A stretch of 64,000 nucleotides of DNA from Escherichia phage 241Ecol014PP: the sequence record OR062943.1; one strand, 5' to 3'. Of this stretch, positions 20,308 to 30,377 are shown one piece after another. The notes beneath the pieces were generated by a model, which was not told where the DNA came from, ran no database searches, and worked only from the letters and a program-made list of their open reading frames with translations. The number at the start of each line of letters is the position of its first letter. Positions within the stretch are counted from its first letter, which is position 1. The translations under genes were made by a program, and so were the position numbers.

Positions 20308-20622
20308 GTGGAGTTGGATTTGGCGGCATTGTACGGTATCTGCATGGGTACCGTTGTCCCGATCTGTGTATGGGCTTTCAACCAGTGGCACACCAAATGG
20401 AAAGGCATTTCCAAGAGGTTGGAAGAGCTGGAGAAAGACCTCATCTTAGTGAAAAACAGTATGGTTACAAAAGATAAACTTGATTCCGTTATAGAGACCC
20501 GGTTAAGCAAGCTAGAGGCCGATATTAACGACCTTAAGCAGGATGTCAGGACAGATGTCTCCGGCATCAGAGCCGATGTACAAAAGATTTTGCACATGCT
20601 CGTAGAGCATAGTAAAAGGTAA
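20308..20622 (+). CDS. small membrane-anchored coiled-coil protein
   Basis: 104 aa; GTG start with RBS GAGGAGG; N-terminal hydrophobic helix LYGICMGTVVPICVWAF then heptad-rich region. Confidence 0.4.
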   Translation: MELDLAALYGICMGTVVPICVWAFNQWHTKWKGISKRLEELEKDLILVKNSMVTKDKLDSVIETRLSKLEADINDLKQDVRTDVSGIRADVQKILHMLVEHSKR

Positions 20623-20632
20623 ACAAAGGTCA

Positions 20633-20664
20633 GAACGGAAAGGACTCCGTTCTTGCATTTTGTT
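20633..20664 (+). terminator. stem-loop GAACGG-N8-CCGTTC followed by T-rich run
   Basis: 6-bp stem, 8-nt loop, then TTGCATTTTGTT. Confidence 0.4.
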
Positions 20665-20681
20665 CCCTAAAGTGTTAAAAT
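20653..20681 (+). promoter_or_regulatory. sigma70-like promoter TTGCAT-N17-TAAAAT
   Basis: TTGCAT 20653-20658, 17-nt spacer, TAAAAT 20676-20681; upstream of ORF 20709. Confidence 0.45.
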
Positions 20682-20708
20682 AGTCCTAAGGAATTTTCTC
20701 AGGAGAAC

Positions 20709-21755
20709 GTGATGACTAAACCAGTTATCCCTCTTGATATTTGGGCCAATCAGGATGTTGTGCTTGAAAATACGGGAGAGTTGAATAAGTCTCAACCAAA
20801 AAAAGAAGAGAGATTGAAAGGTTGGGATATGACACAAAGAGTGGCATGTGAAGTTGTTAACTTTGAACTTCACATGCTTTCTGCGTGGTTAAAGCATTTA
20901 ACAGAAGATGTTGTCCCAGGATGGGATAATAGATTCTTAAGGGTCACTAATAATCTAGCAGACGTTCCAGACAAAGCTGCTGCACGTCAAGTTCTCAATG
21001 TATACTCGCCTGAAGAAATGGACGATCTGTATGTTGACAAGTCTGGAGACATAATGACTCAGACTCAAACTTTAGGCCTTCAAAGAATCGAGTTTGCATC
21101 TGCGTCAACAGACAATGCGGCAATATATACCACCATAACTCCAGACAAGACGACGATGGACTTCTGGATTATGGACAACATCGGTGGTGCTGACGGCACA
21201 GACCTTGATGATCCTTCTCACCAAATAGACGGGTTCCGTTGGAGATTTCAACCTTCTGGTGGGCAGCCTGTGTTTTCGGCTATGAAGCTCAATGCTATAA
21301 CTGCCAACCGTGCAAGACTGGCTATCCAAGGAAATCTTGAATGCAACGATGCAAAAAGTTCCTCTGCAAATGCCAATGCGGTCACGATACCAAGAGCCAC
21401 TGTTAACGGACAACAATCCTGCGGAAGCGCTCAAATAGGTGGAAGAGTTGATTGTAACGATGAAACCGTTAGAGGCCAATATGCAACCGTTGGTGGAAGA
21501 AACGTGGTCCGCAGGGTAAACGGTAACAGCGCAGACGGTAGTGGTAACCTTACTGTCCCTATGCCCAGTAGAGGGGTTGACGATGTAAGGATAGCGAACC
21601 GTTTCAAAACCACCTACAGAGAGTCAAGAGTCTACCCTGGACATGTGATGTGCTCTGGTAACTACGCTTATAAACACCCTTATCAAGGTGATTACTGGAC
21701 AGGTGCTATCCAAAAACTTGTAAACGGTCAATGGATCACTATATCTTATGCTTAA
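20709..21755 (+). CDS. second side tail fibre protein (gpH/Stf-like), paralog of 18657-19697
   Basis: 348 aa; N-terminus PLDIWANQDVVLEN and C-terminus TGAIQKLVNGQWITISYA parallel ORF 18657; central region diverged. Confidence 0.65.
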   Translation: MMTKPVIPLDIWANQDVVLENTGELNKSQPKKEERLKGWDMTQRVACEVVNFELHMLSAWLKHLTEDVVPGWDNRFLRVTNNLADVPDKAAARQVLNVYSPEEMDDLYVDKSGDIMTQTQTLGLQRIEFASASTDNAAIYTTITPDKTTMDFWIMDNIGGADGTDLDDPSHQIDGFRWRFQPSGGQPVFSAMKLNAITANRARLAIQGNLECNDAKSSSANANAVTIPRATVNGQQSCGSAQIGGRVDCNDETVRGQYATVGGRNVVRRVNGNSADGSGNLTVPMPSRGVDDVRIANRFKTTYRESRVYPGHVMCSGNYAYKHPYQGDYWTGAIQKLVNGQWITISYA

Positions 21756-21766
21756 AAAGAGGGTAA

Positions 21767-22033
21767 ATGAAACTAACTCAGTTTTTATGGGGACTGGTTG
21801 CGGCATCTGATGACCCTACGAAAGTATCCCAATCTAAGCTATGGTCGAACATAGGCATGGCGGTGATGACTGGGGTGTTTATTCATATGGGGTATAATGA
21901 TACGCTTCCTGAATGGTATGCGTGGATATATGCACCTTCAGTAGCCTGCCCCCAGCTTATTAGCAAATTCATCTCGCTCCGGTGGGGTTGCCAGCACCCT
22001 GACCACGTTAAAAACGAAGAGCAAAAAGCTTAA
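21767..22033 (+). CDS. small hydrophobic protein, function unknown
   Basis: 88 aa; two hydrophobic segments. Confidence 0.35.
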   Translation: MKLTQFLWGLVAASDDPTKVSQSKLWSNIGMAVMTGVFIHMGYNDTLPEWYAWIYAPSVACPQLISKFISLRWGCQHPDHVKNEEQKA

Positions 22034-22042
22034 GGAGAAATC

Positions 22043-23788
22043 ATGGCGCAAGACATGACAAGCTTCGAGCAGGCGGTAGATCAAGTAATTGTTGATTCTG
22101 AACGTTTGCACTTGATTGTCAACGGTAACGCTGTGGATGAAGTTGTCGTAGAGGATGGGACCACTATCCCTACGGTACGAAAAGCCATGCTTGACACCCT
22201 TTATTTTAAAACGCCACCAATCCCTTGGGCGTATGGTGCATCCACAACAGTTTTTAACCAGTTGTATGAGTTTAAAGGGGATACAGGCACTCAGTGGTGG
22301 TACGCCCCAGCAGCATCAAAATCTAACCCGGTTAGAATGCCAGCAGATCCTTCACAATCTCCAAACTGGAGATTATACACCGACTCTGCAGTAATGGCAA
22401 AATACTACGCAAAACTTAACAGCCCAAGGTTCGAAGGTGACCCGCGAGTACCTACACCTCCAATGGACGATAAGTCAGAGTCCATAGCAAACACAGAGTT
22501 TGTTGTTGACTATGTTGATAGCATATTTAAAGCCATGGAGGGGATGAAAGTTACTGTAGGATCTTTGGTGGTAAAAGGTCTTACAGAACTCGCTAACACT
22601 ATAGTTGGTGGCACCCTTACCTTACATGGACCTGTTAATGGGGCAGATTCTACTGCACGCTTTAGGAATCTAATCCTCACGGCAAATACTTCTACACTTA
22701 CTTTTGCGTGGAGCGATCCTAAGCATGCAGACTGGAGAAGTACAGAGCTGCAACCTCATGAAGTGTCCACCCACAGGGTTATAGCTGACACTATAACTTC
22801 TGGGAAACCAGTGGCTAATAATAACGATGTGCATTTTGATGGTCTGGGTAATAACTTTTTTGACTACGTGTACATTCGTGGTAATGCCATGAAGGCAGCA
22901 ACCGAGCCGACATTGCAGGTCGATGGGACCGCCAGGGTTAAGAACCTTGAGGTGACAGGCACCGTTACAGGGATAACATACTCTGTCGATGGCACCATGA
23001 TCTACCCTAGCTATATTGAAAGCACGGGTGATGCATTGATAAATGGCGATTTGGAGGTTGGCGGATCTGTAGTTATTCGAGGTACAGCCTCTATCCAAAA
23101 CATAGCTCTGAATACCCTAAGAGTCAATGAGCGTGCAACTTTTGAAGGGGAAGGACTTACAGCCAACAAAGGTGTAATTACCGAGCTGACAACCACTACT
23201 TTAACTGCAACAACTGCAAACTCTGAAAACTGCAACGTTACCAGAAACTTGCAGGTAAATGGAGATGTTAGTTTAAACGCAGCAGGGACGGGCACCACCT
23301 ACCTTCACAACCTTGAAATATCCGGCACAGTGACTGGGTGGCTGCCAGACTTCTCTAATGTCAACTTTGTTTGTAATGGCATTAACTCCAGTGGCAAGAT
23401 AACCACCTCTCAAGAAATTGAGGCGGGTAAAACCATTACTGCCCCTACTTTCCACGCAGGAAAGGTAGATTTTGATTTAGAGGAGGTTGACGCGTCCAGT
23501 GGGACATGGACACCTAACGGGCAGGCCAGTATGTATGTTGTCCACGCGAAAGGGGATTTTACAATAGGACAATGGCCTGGGACATCAGCGGAAGATAAAC
23601 CTTATCCATTCACTGCAGTTATCTATGTCATTCAGGATGCTGTAGGTCACAACGTGACTTTGCACGATAAGTATGCTATCCTGTCGGCAACACCTGTTAT
23701 TAACAACAAGGCTAACAGTGTTACCTTGCTGCAATTAACGTATTGTGGTGTTGGTGATATTGTAGACGTAGTAATTGCACAACGTTAA
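22043..23788 (+). CDS. tail fibre/structural protein
   Basis: 581 aa; RBS AAGGAG; Thr/Asn/Gly-rich repetitive beta-like sequence typical of fibre shafts. Confidence 0.4.
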   Translation: MAQDMTSFEQAVDQVIVDSERLHLIVNGNAVDEVVVEDGTTIPTVRKAMLDTLYFKTPPIPWAYGASTTVFNQLYEFKGDTGTQWWYAPAASKSNPVRMPADPSQSPNWRLYTDSAVMAKYYAKLNSPRFEGDPRVPTPPMDDKSESIANTEFVVDYVDSIFKAMEGMKVTVGSLVVKGLTELANTIVGGTLTLHGPVNGADSTARFRNLILTANTSTLTFAWSDPKHADWRSTELQPHEVSTHRVIADTITSGKPVANNNDVHFDGLGNNFFDYVYIRGNAMKAATEPTLQVDGTARVKNLEVTGTVTGITYSVDGTMIYPSYIESTGDALINGDLEVGGSVVIRGTASIQNIALNTLRVNERATFEGEGLTANKGVITELTTTTLTATTANSENCNVTRNLQVNGDVSLNAAGTGTTYLHNLEISGTVTGWLPDFSNVNFVCNGINSSGKITTSQEIEAGKTITAPTFHAGKVDFDLEEVDASSGTWTPNGQASMYVVHAKGDFTIGQWPGTSAEDKPYPFTAVIYVIQDAVGHNVTLHDKYAILSATPVINNKANSVTLLQLTYCGVGDIVDVVIAQR

Positions 23789-23797
23789 TATATCTAA

Positions 23798-23822
23798 CCG
23801 CTCCTGACGGGGCGGTTTTCTT
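23798..23822 (+). terminator. rho-independent terminator
   Basis: CCGCTCC-tgac-GGGGCGG followed by TTTTCTT, 10 nt after stop. Confidence 0.65.
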
Positions 23823-23836
23823 ATCTGGAGAACACA

Positions 23837-26800
23837 ATGCTTCCAATCCCTTTGCTAAAACTTGGTCGTCATTTCCTCGATAAGAGGGGTGGAATTAAGG
23901 AACTTGCTGTTCTGTCATACCCAATAGACAACAGTGATGGTACAAGCAACACAGTATCCTATGTAAATAGCTTAGCTATACTTTTTGATGATGGTCAGCT
24001 TAATATTACTGGCTATAATAGGTTCGGAGAGTGTCGGACTGGAGATCTTGATACAATAAACTATCCTAATGAGGCTGCCTGGAACGTTGATCATGTGTGG
24101 AGAGCAGACCGTGCGTTTGTGATCCGAACTTTTGATAACCAGTTTTTCTACATCGGCTGCACTGCAGGGCTTATTGGGTCTGATGCTGCAGGCGGTAATG
24201 ATGTTTGTGTAAGAGAGTGGACACCTCTTCCTGAACAGATCGTTAAAGGGTTGCACCTTGACACCCACCCAGAGCGCCTTATTGAGGTGATGGGTGGTAT
24301 TAACAACACTGTCTGGGTTATTGCAGAGGCAGAAGGCACTGGCATACTTAACCTGTATGGATCTGGTAACAACACCTACGGATCTTTGCATGTAGATAAA
24401 AACCAGCATGCAACCCCTGTAAAGATTGGTGAGACATCGGAAAATCCTGAAACAGGCCCTTGGAAAAACCCAAGCATCAACTGTGAGGTGCATGACAACT
24501 CTGTTATTTTCGGTGGTCCTAGGGGTTTCTGGATTGCTGGATACGACTTTCTAAGAAATAACAGTAGAAACGACCTTGTTTGGCCTCCTGTGCAGATTAC
24601 TCGTAACGATTTGAGAGGCATTCCTGCAGATGAGGAGTGGAAAGGGTTTATGTGCGGTCCTAACGGGGCAATAATTGCCACACAGAGGATGCACACACCT
24701 AATGACCAGCAGCTTGTTAACGTATTCTACGGGCAAGACGTTTGGGGAGATGACACATGGCGTTCCTTAAATATCACCTACACCCATGAGGTGATAATGG
24801 CTCGTGGATACGGCACAAGTGGCATTTTCTTCAATAATGGCACTAAACAGTATCGTGGATTCTCTCGCAACTTGTGTAATGATATTGGTGCACAATCTGC
24901 AAACAATAGCCCTAGGGCTAATTTTATCCACTATCAGGCTCTTGCTACAGCTAAATATGTTGAGCAACGCCTGCCAGTTAGCTGGACAGAGAGTGTTTAT
25001 TTCCAAGGCATCCACAGGGAAGGTTTCTTAGGAACCTTTACTGTTGTTAATGGCAAACTTTGGTGGTCAGGCATCCCAAGGGGAAGTTTTGCAGGCTCTA
25101 ACAACCTGTTTGGCGGCAGACTTAATAGCCAGGGGTTCACAGAGGTTCCTGAGAATTGGTATAAAAATGTCCCGGTAGATAGTTGGGGTGTTGATGATAT
25201 TTTCGACGTTAACGGTGTTAGCAGCGTTAGCAATATTTACATTGGTGACACGGTCAAGATGAAATTGAAGCCTCAGCCAGAGGGGGCTACGTTCATTATT
25301 GACAAGATTGAACTGGTAAATGCTGCAGGCACGGTTGTTACAGATGCAAATTACCAATTCTCCACCAACTGGAACCACGGCGGGGCCAACGAAGTTGTTG
25401 TTACCCAATATAACAGAAATGTTAACAGACGTGGACTGTACTCTGTAAAAATAACCTATCATGACAAACATGGCACAGGCAGAACCCACACAACAAGGAC
25501 TTTGAACTGGAACACTATCGTCCCAGCGTACCCGTCTGATGGTAAATGGCATACTGTCGGTAGAAACAAACAGTTCCATGTTAATGATACTGTATACTTT
25601 GGGCTGAATGCGGCTCAGCCTGCAGTAGAAGGGGATACATCGTATATGGTCAGACTCCACAGAATGGATGCTGGATCAGTAACTTATGATGTTACCCAAG
25701 AGATTTATAATCAGCGACGAAATACCTATGATAACTTGGTGCAGACACAGGCCTTATGGGAGTTCAACCCAAACGGCAGAGGTGGTAAAATGTTGCAGGT
25801 CAATGAACAAAACGGGACATCGTTGACTGTCCATGAACATCCAAATCCTTGGCCTGATCCTGGAAAACCTAACTCTGGTGCTCGTACACTGAAAATTGTT
25901 AGCCATGATGCAGGATATTTCGGAATACGCTGGGAAGCCACAGTAAGATATGCCGACGGGACAACAAACAATATAGGGATCACCCTTGGTGGCACTAGTG
26001 AGGATAACTCACTGAAAATTGCCTACACCCCTAGAGGCATCTCTATTGACAATATGGATGTTGTTCGCAACGGTTACGGCGATGTGAATGTCAAAGTTAC
26101 TCTTGGCGAACATCTTGGTGGGGAAAGGATCATCATGTATGCCTTTGATCATGATCCGCGCACCAATGGGACTTATGCAAATCAGGCATGGAGTTATCTG
26201 ATAAATGCACCTGAGCCGAATACTAAAGAGTTCTACTACGGTATGAAGCGAGATGTGTGCAAGAAAACAGGAACACATGACTGGATTGCTATCTGCGTTA
26301 AAGATGAGCGCACAGCTTGGGATGAGCCTGTTAACAGATGGTTCATAGGTATTCCTACCAGAAGTGATAAGTATGTCGCAGAATATATTGTATGCATGGG
26401 CGGTACCAACCTAAACATGTGTTGGAACGAAGATGTAAACAAATACTCTGATTATGACTATATGAGGGATTACTCTTGTAATTTGTGGTTTAACCAAACT
26501 ACAGGTTACCCTCCGCGTCAGGCAAGGGTAAATCCTGCAATCTTTACAGATACGCAGGTTTTCTTGACAAAACAGGCCAACGAGGTCCAGACCTTCAAGA
26601 ACAAATACGACCCTAATAAGTGGTTCTATAACTGCTATGGGGCATTTTTCTGGGGACCTGGAGAATTACCTGGTGGTGGCTCTTGTTTTGAGGCTGCAAC
26701 TTACGCCAGTGACAGATTTATGGGCCAGGTCAAGAAATACAAGATAATTCCAGGGCCTGAAACTTTAGGCAACGCTGTCGACCCCTATATCATCATGAGT

Positions 26801-29473
26801 GATCTAAGATCGAACATGGATGGAACATCCATATCTATGCAAGTTCCGGTAACAAACGGATACAAGCGTGTTGTGATGATCATTAAGTGCGATCTGATAG
26901 GTAAGCAAGTTCTTGCAGAGAACGGAACTTCCACCCACCTATTTGAGACTGCTCTGCACTATCAGTTTGCTGATTCACCTTTTGCAGGGGATAAGAGAAT
27001 ATCTGACACAGACGCTGTGCGATGCAAGAAATTTATGCTAGGTGGTGGGTGGTGGTGGTATGAATTTGACTTAACAGACAAATTCACCGACACGTCTAAA
27101 GTAGTGACGGGGCTTCGTCTAGACCTTGGCGAAAACATGCACAAAAGTGTTTGTGATGGCACCTACGGTGACCCAACAATCTACTTAAAGTATGTCTCTT
27201 TTGAGCACCCAGAGGATGTTGTTTATGGTCCAAAACTGAGACTGTTTGGCAATTGGATTGCTAAAGACAGGGTAGGTATGGGCAAGAAGGTAAGAGGCTT
27301 CTTAATGGATGCCGGTACAGAGGACATGCTAGTCAATGCAGTGTGGCCTGAATTACCTGGGACTCAGTGGAACAACTCAGCCAAATCTATAAACTGGTTC
27401 AATATCCACAGGGCTATGTGGACAACCAACTGTTACCTGTGGAAAGAGCTGAATGACGGCGCTTTCGGGTTCACAGGCGGCAGAAGAATGGCAATCATTT
27501 GCTGGACAACGTTGCAAAGATGTTATGACCATGACTACGAGATTGGAGGTAGGGCATGGAAAAATATTAGGGATAGAATCATAACCAACTTTGCAGATCC
27601 TAACGGTGGTGGAGCGTATGGCTTCGACTGCAGCAGGCTCATCCATTTGAACGGATCCTCTGCCTACAAGAAAGAAGGTTACTCTGGGTCTATGATAGAA
27701 TGGGGCCTGGTGAAAGATGCTCGCGTGCTGATGGGTCAACAACTTGCTGCTGCAATAGGTCCTAATGCAGTGCAATCTGTTAAACCTGCGTGGTTTGATA
27801 TCCCATTGTGGTCATCCGGTACACCAGGAACTGCTGCAATCAACCCTACCACGGGGGATCTGGAAATCTCTTGGGAGGACTTGAAGCAGGTTGGAGGCTG
27901 GGATAAAACAGGGTATCAGGTCCAGTGGTGGAGGGCTGATGGATCTTTAGCCGCTGATGAGTTTGTTAAGGACAATTTCTACACCATGTCCTCTGCAAAA
28001 GCACAGCAATTATTTGGTCAGGCCACTCCGTCAACGATCACCATGTCTATGTGCTGTAAAGACAACAGGACTGGAGCTTTGGGGCCAAGGGTTGCTAAGG
28101 TTTTCTCAGGTATTAAATGGAATCTCCCTGTTCAAAGTGTTTCATGGAAGCAAATAGGTGATAACAAGCTGCTGGTTACCCCTGCCTGTCAGTTCAACGC
28201 AACTCTTAACGTTGATCCTGCTGTTGCGGCAAACTCAGCTAAAGCTTCTGACTTCTCTGTGTCTAACACTGCTATGGCAGATGTGAGGAAGATTGACACA
28301 CTGAACGCCAGAATTACCTGTAAAAACACTTATGGCACATTCCAAATCATCAACAACTTCACAGATGCTGATTCTAAGGTAGTAAGGACAGCAAGCCAGA
28401 CTCTGAGTTTAGGGACTCTAGCCTATGCGGCCATGATCACCGAACAGTCGGCAACACTCCAAGGAGGCGGTGTAGGCAAGTCCATTGCAACACCTGTGTG
28501 GAAGCCGAATGAGTGGGTTGTGTTTGATTTGACTGTGGACTTCTCCAGTGATAATAACTGGACATGGGTAAGGAATTGTTTGTCACAGTTGATGGGCGGT
28601 CCAAGCTCCATTAGCGATAGTCACGACTCTACTGACCCGAGCGTGTTCCAGGTGGGTAAAACTCACCCAGAGACTGGAGAAACGTTGCCTGACAGGAAGT
28701 ATGCTTTGGTTTGCATCTCTTACGGGAAGGCAGATGTCACCTTCTCAGGGACACACACTTATAACGGAACCTACAACTTCTCAAGGAAGTATAGTCTCAA
28801 AGCAGGGAACATTGTAGACGAGGTTGGTGTGCTGTATAATCCAGGTAACGGCATAGGGATTGTGGGTGGTAAACTGCAGATGCAGGAACCTTCTATTACC
28901 CCTTCCAACGTATCCGGTATTAGAAAGACTTGGGAAAGTAGTAATACCAACATTGCAACAGTGGATGCTGCCACAGGGCTGGTAACATTTAAAGCTACTG
29001 GGAATGTCACCATAAAGTTTGTAGTTACTGATGATGCAGGGCGCAAAACGTCTTCAACATCTTTTACTGTCAAACAGATGGCACCACAGTGGAGAATGTG
29101 GATAGGTACAGCAACAAACGGGGCATACCCTAATCCGGCAGGTACTTCTGGTATGAAGACTTTCTCTACAAGCAAACCGATGGAGTACGGCAGCGGTCCT
29201 AAGGTAGGGCAGATGGTGTACTTTGGTGCGTATATTCCTGAAATTATAGGGCTTCCTAGAAGTCAGCTTCAGTTGCTGTTTGGGGCTGGTGTTGACGATC
29301 TTGCCACTTTCGGGTATAGCGACAACATCGAGGCTGCAAGGAGTTCAGGATGGGTAGGGTTCAGAATGGAGTCTGGAAAGGAAGGCAGGATTCTAGGGAC
29401 AGCCTCTATAGGTGTTATGTTCCCTGGTGACCAGCAGTATCGTCTAGAAGCCTACGCAACCTTTTCTCGTTAA
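23837..29473 (+). CDS. giant adhesin/tail fibre-like protein with C-terminal bacterial Ig-like (Big_2-like) domain
   Basis: 1878 aa; RBS GGAG; segment SGIRKTWESSNTNIATVDAATGLVTFKATGNVTIKFVVTDDAGRKTSSTSFTV fits Big_2 pattern. Confidence 0.5.
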   Translation: MLPIPLLKLGRHFLDKRGGIKELAVLSYPIDNSDGTSNTVSYVNSLAILFDDGQLNITGYNRFGECRTGDLDTINYPNEAAWNVDHVWRADRAFVIRTFDNQFFYIGCTAGLIGSDAAGGNDVCVREWTPLPEQIVKGLHLDTHPERLIEVMGGINNTVWVIAEAEGTGILNLYGSGNNTYGSLHVDKNQHATPVKIGETSENPETGPWKNPSINCEVHDNSVIFGGPRGFWIAGYDFLRNNSRNDLVWPPVQITRNDLRGIPADEEWKGFMCGPNGAIIATQRMHTPNDQQLVNVFYGQDVWGDDTWRSLNITYTHEVIMARGYGTSGIFFNNGTKQYRGFSRNLCNDIGAQSANNSPRANFIHYQALATAKYVEQRLPVSWTESVYFQGIHREGFLGTFTVVNGKLWWSGIPRGSFAGSNNLFGGRLNSQGFTEVPENWYKNVPVDSWGVDDIFDVNGVSSVSNIYIGDTVKMKLKPQPEGATFIIDKIELVNAAGTVVTDANYQFSTNWNHGGANEVVVTQYNRNVNRRGLYSVKITYHDKHGTGRTHTTRTLNWNTIVPAYPSDGKWHTVGRNKQFHVNDTVYFGLNAAQPAVEGDTSYMVRLHRMDAGSVTYDVTQEIYNQRRNTYDNLVQTQALWEFNPNGRGGKMLQVNEQNGTSLTVHEHPNPWPDPGKPNSGARTLKIVSHDAGYFGIRWEATVRYADGTTNNIGITLGGTSEDNSLKIAYTPRGISIDNMDVVRNGYGDVNVKVTLGEHLGGERIIMYAFDHDPRTNGTYANQAWSYLINAPEPNTKEFYYGMKRDVCKKTGTHDWIAICVKDERTAWDEPVNRWFIGIPTRSDKYVAEYIVCMGGTNLNMCWNEDVNKYSDYDYMRDYSCNLWFNQTTGYPPRQARVNPAIFTDTQVFLTKQANEVQTFKNKYDPNKWFYNCYGAFFWGPGELPGGGSCFEAATYASDRFMGQVKKYKIIPGPETLGNAVDPYIIMSDLRSNMDGTSISMQVPVTNGYKRVVMIIKCDLIGKQVLAENGTSTHLFETALHYQFADSPFAGDKRISDTDAVRCKKFMLGGGWWWYEFDLTDKFTDTSKVVTGLRLDLGENMHKSVCDGTYGDPTIYLKYVSFEHPEDVVYGPKLRLFGNWIAKDRVGMGKKVRGFLMDAGTEDMLVNAVWPELPGTQWNNSAKSINWFNIHRAMWTTNCYLWKELNDGAFGFTGGRRMAIICWTTLQRCYDHDYEIGGRAWKNIRDRIITNFADPNGGGAYGFDCSRLIHLNGSSAYKKEGYSGSMIEWGLVKDARVLMGQQLAAAIGPNAVQSVKPAWFDIPLWSSGTPGTAAINPTTGDLEISWEDLKQVGGWDKTGYQVQWWRADGSLAADEFVKDNFYTMSSAKAQQLFGQATPSTITMSMCCKDNRTGALGPRVAKVFSGIKWNLPVQSVSWKQIGDNKLLVTPACQFNATLNVDPAVAANSAKASDFSVSNTAMADVRKIDTLNARITCKNTYGTFQIINNFTDADSKVVRTASQTLSLGTLAYAAMITEQSATLQGGGVGKSIATPVWKPNEWVVFDLTVDFSSDNNWTWVRNCLSQLMGGPSSISDSHDSTDPSVFQVGKTHPETGETLPDRKYALVCISYGKADVTFSGTHTYNGTYNFSRKYSLKAGNIVDEVGVLYNPGNGIGIVGGKLQMQEPSITPSNVSGIRKTWESSNTNIATVDAATGLVTFKATGNVTIKFVVTDDAGRKTSSTSFTVKQMAPQWRMWIGTATNGAYPNPAGTSGMKTFSTSKPMEYGSGPKVGQMVYFGAYIPEIIGLPRSQLQLLFGAGVDDLATFGYSDNIEAARSSGWVGFRMESGKEGRILGTASIGVMFPGDQQYRLEAYATFSR

Positions 29474-29482
29474 CAAGGGGGT

Positions 29483-29518
29483 AAATAAAAAAGGGGCCGT
29501 TTGGCCCCTTTCTTTTTA
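29483..29518. terminator. bidirectional rho-independent terminator between converging transcription units
   Basis: AAATAAAAAAGGGGCC-gttt-GGCCCCTTTCTTTTTAT: A tract, 8-bp stem, T tract; + gene ends 29473, - gene ends 29522. Confidence 0.75.
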
Positions 29519-29521
29519 TAG

Positions 29522-29722
29522 TTAGTAATACTCCCAACATGCCCCATCTTCAGACGGCTTGACGCGCTTACCTTTATGGTCAACATAGGTATAGCCACAA
29601 CCTTCACAAATAACAGGTGCTGCATAGCCTTCCTTCCACTGATCCTCAGTGATCAGACCTTCCAAATCTTTGCAGTCAAAGCCAAACAACTCTTCAGAAC
29701 AGTCTTTACAAAAATCAGCCAT
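29522..29722 (-). CDS. small zinc-ribbon-like protein
   Basis: 66 aa; Cys pairs CKDC ... CEGCGY. Confidence 0.45.
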   Translation of the reverse strand: MADFCKDCSEELFGFDCKDLEGLITEDQWKEGYAAPVICEGCGYTYVDHKGKRVKPSEDGACWEYY

Positions 29723-29791
29723 CTCTATCAGTCTCCATATTTAACCAATCTATATTACATATTGCCGAAGAAACAGTATTTCATTTCATCA

Positions 29792-30010
29792 TCACAGATC
29801 TCCAACAACTTCCCAAATACCCCAGTGAGCATCTATATCCTTGATAAAGTATCTTTCTCCACGGTTTGTCCACACACCTATCCCAACTTTACCATCTATC
29901 CCATTGTATACATCTGCCTCATACTCTTTGCCCGGTGTAAAGTGTACACCCATCATAAGGGCTGTTATTCCATTAGGATTTTTAAATTTAACAAATTTTA
30001 CTTTGCTCAT
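29792..30010 (-). CDS. hypothetical protein
   Basis: 72 aa ORF in co-oriented leftward operon. Confidence 0.4.
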   Translation of the reverse strand: MSKVKFVKFKNPNGITALMMGVHFTPGKEYEADVYNGIDGKVGIGVWTNRGERYFIKDIDAHWGIWEVVGDL

Positions 30011-30011
30011 A

Positions 30012-30341
30012 TTACTTAATCCTTGCAGTTACAGTAGCGCTATACCCCATGTAGTTATGAGACATAAAGAATGTAAGCCCTTTAAGTTCAGGATTCTTTC
30101 TAAGAAATCGTTTCAATTTTCGAATGCAATTAACACCATGATCATAGTTTGAGAAATTAAATTTAATACCCTGCTCCATCATAGTGCACACTTCTTCATG
30201 GGTATGCCATTGTCTATCGTGGTCACAAAACCAGTAACCAATACCTTCTTTTTCTTGGATATGCAATCCCCAAAATACTTTATGCATTGGATATTTTGGT
30301 TTTCTACCATGATAATGTAGTTTAATATTCACATGTGCCAT
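30012..30341 (-). CDS. hypothetical protein
   Basis: 109 aa; His/Cys-containing; RBS GGAG upstream on minus strand. Confidence 0.45.
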   Translation of the reverse strand: MAHVNIKLHYHGRKPKYPMHKVFWGLHIQEKEGIGYWFCDHDRQWHTHEEVCTMMEQGIKFNFSNYDHGVNCIRKLKRFLRKNPELKGLTFFMSHNYMGYSATVTARIK

Positions 30342-30377
30342 TTTTTTTTGTTACTCCGTTCTGTATCTGTGATAATG

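Noticed and set aside
23972-29175. Numerous minus-strand ORFs inside the 1878-aa gene
   Set aside because: Same reasoning: antisense to a continuous long ORF; compositionally odd peptides.
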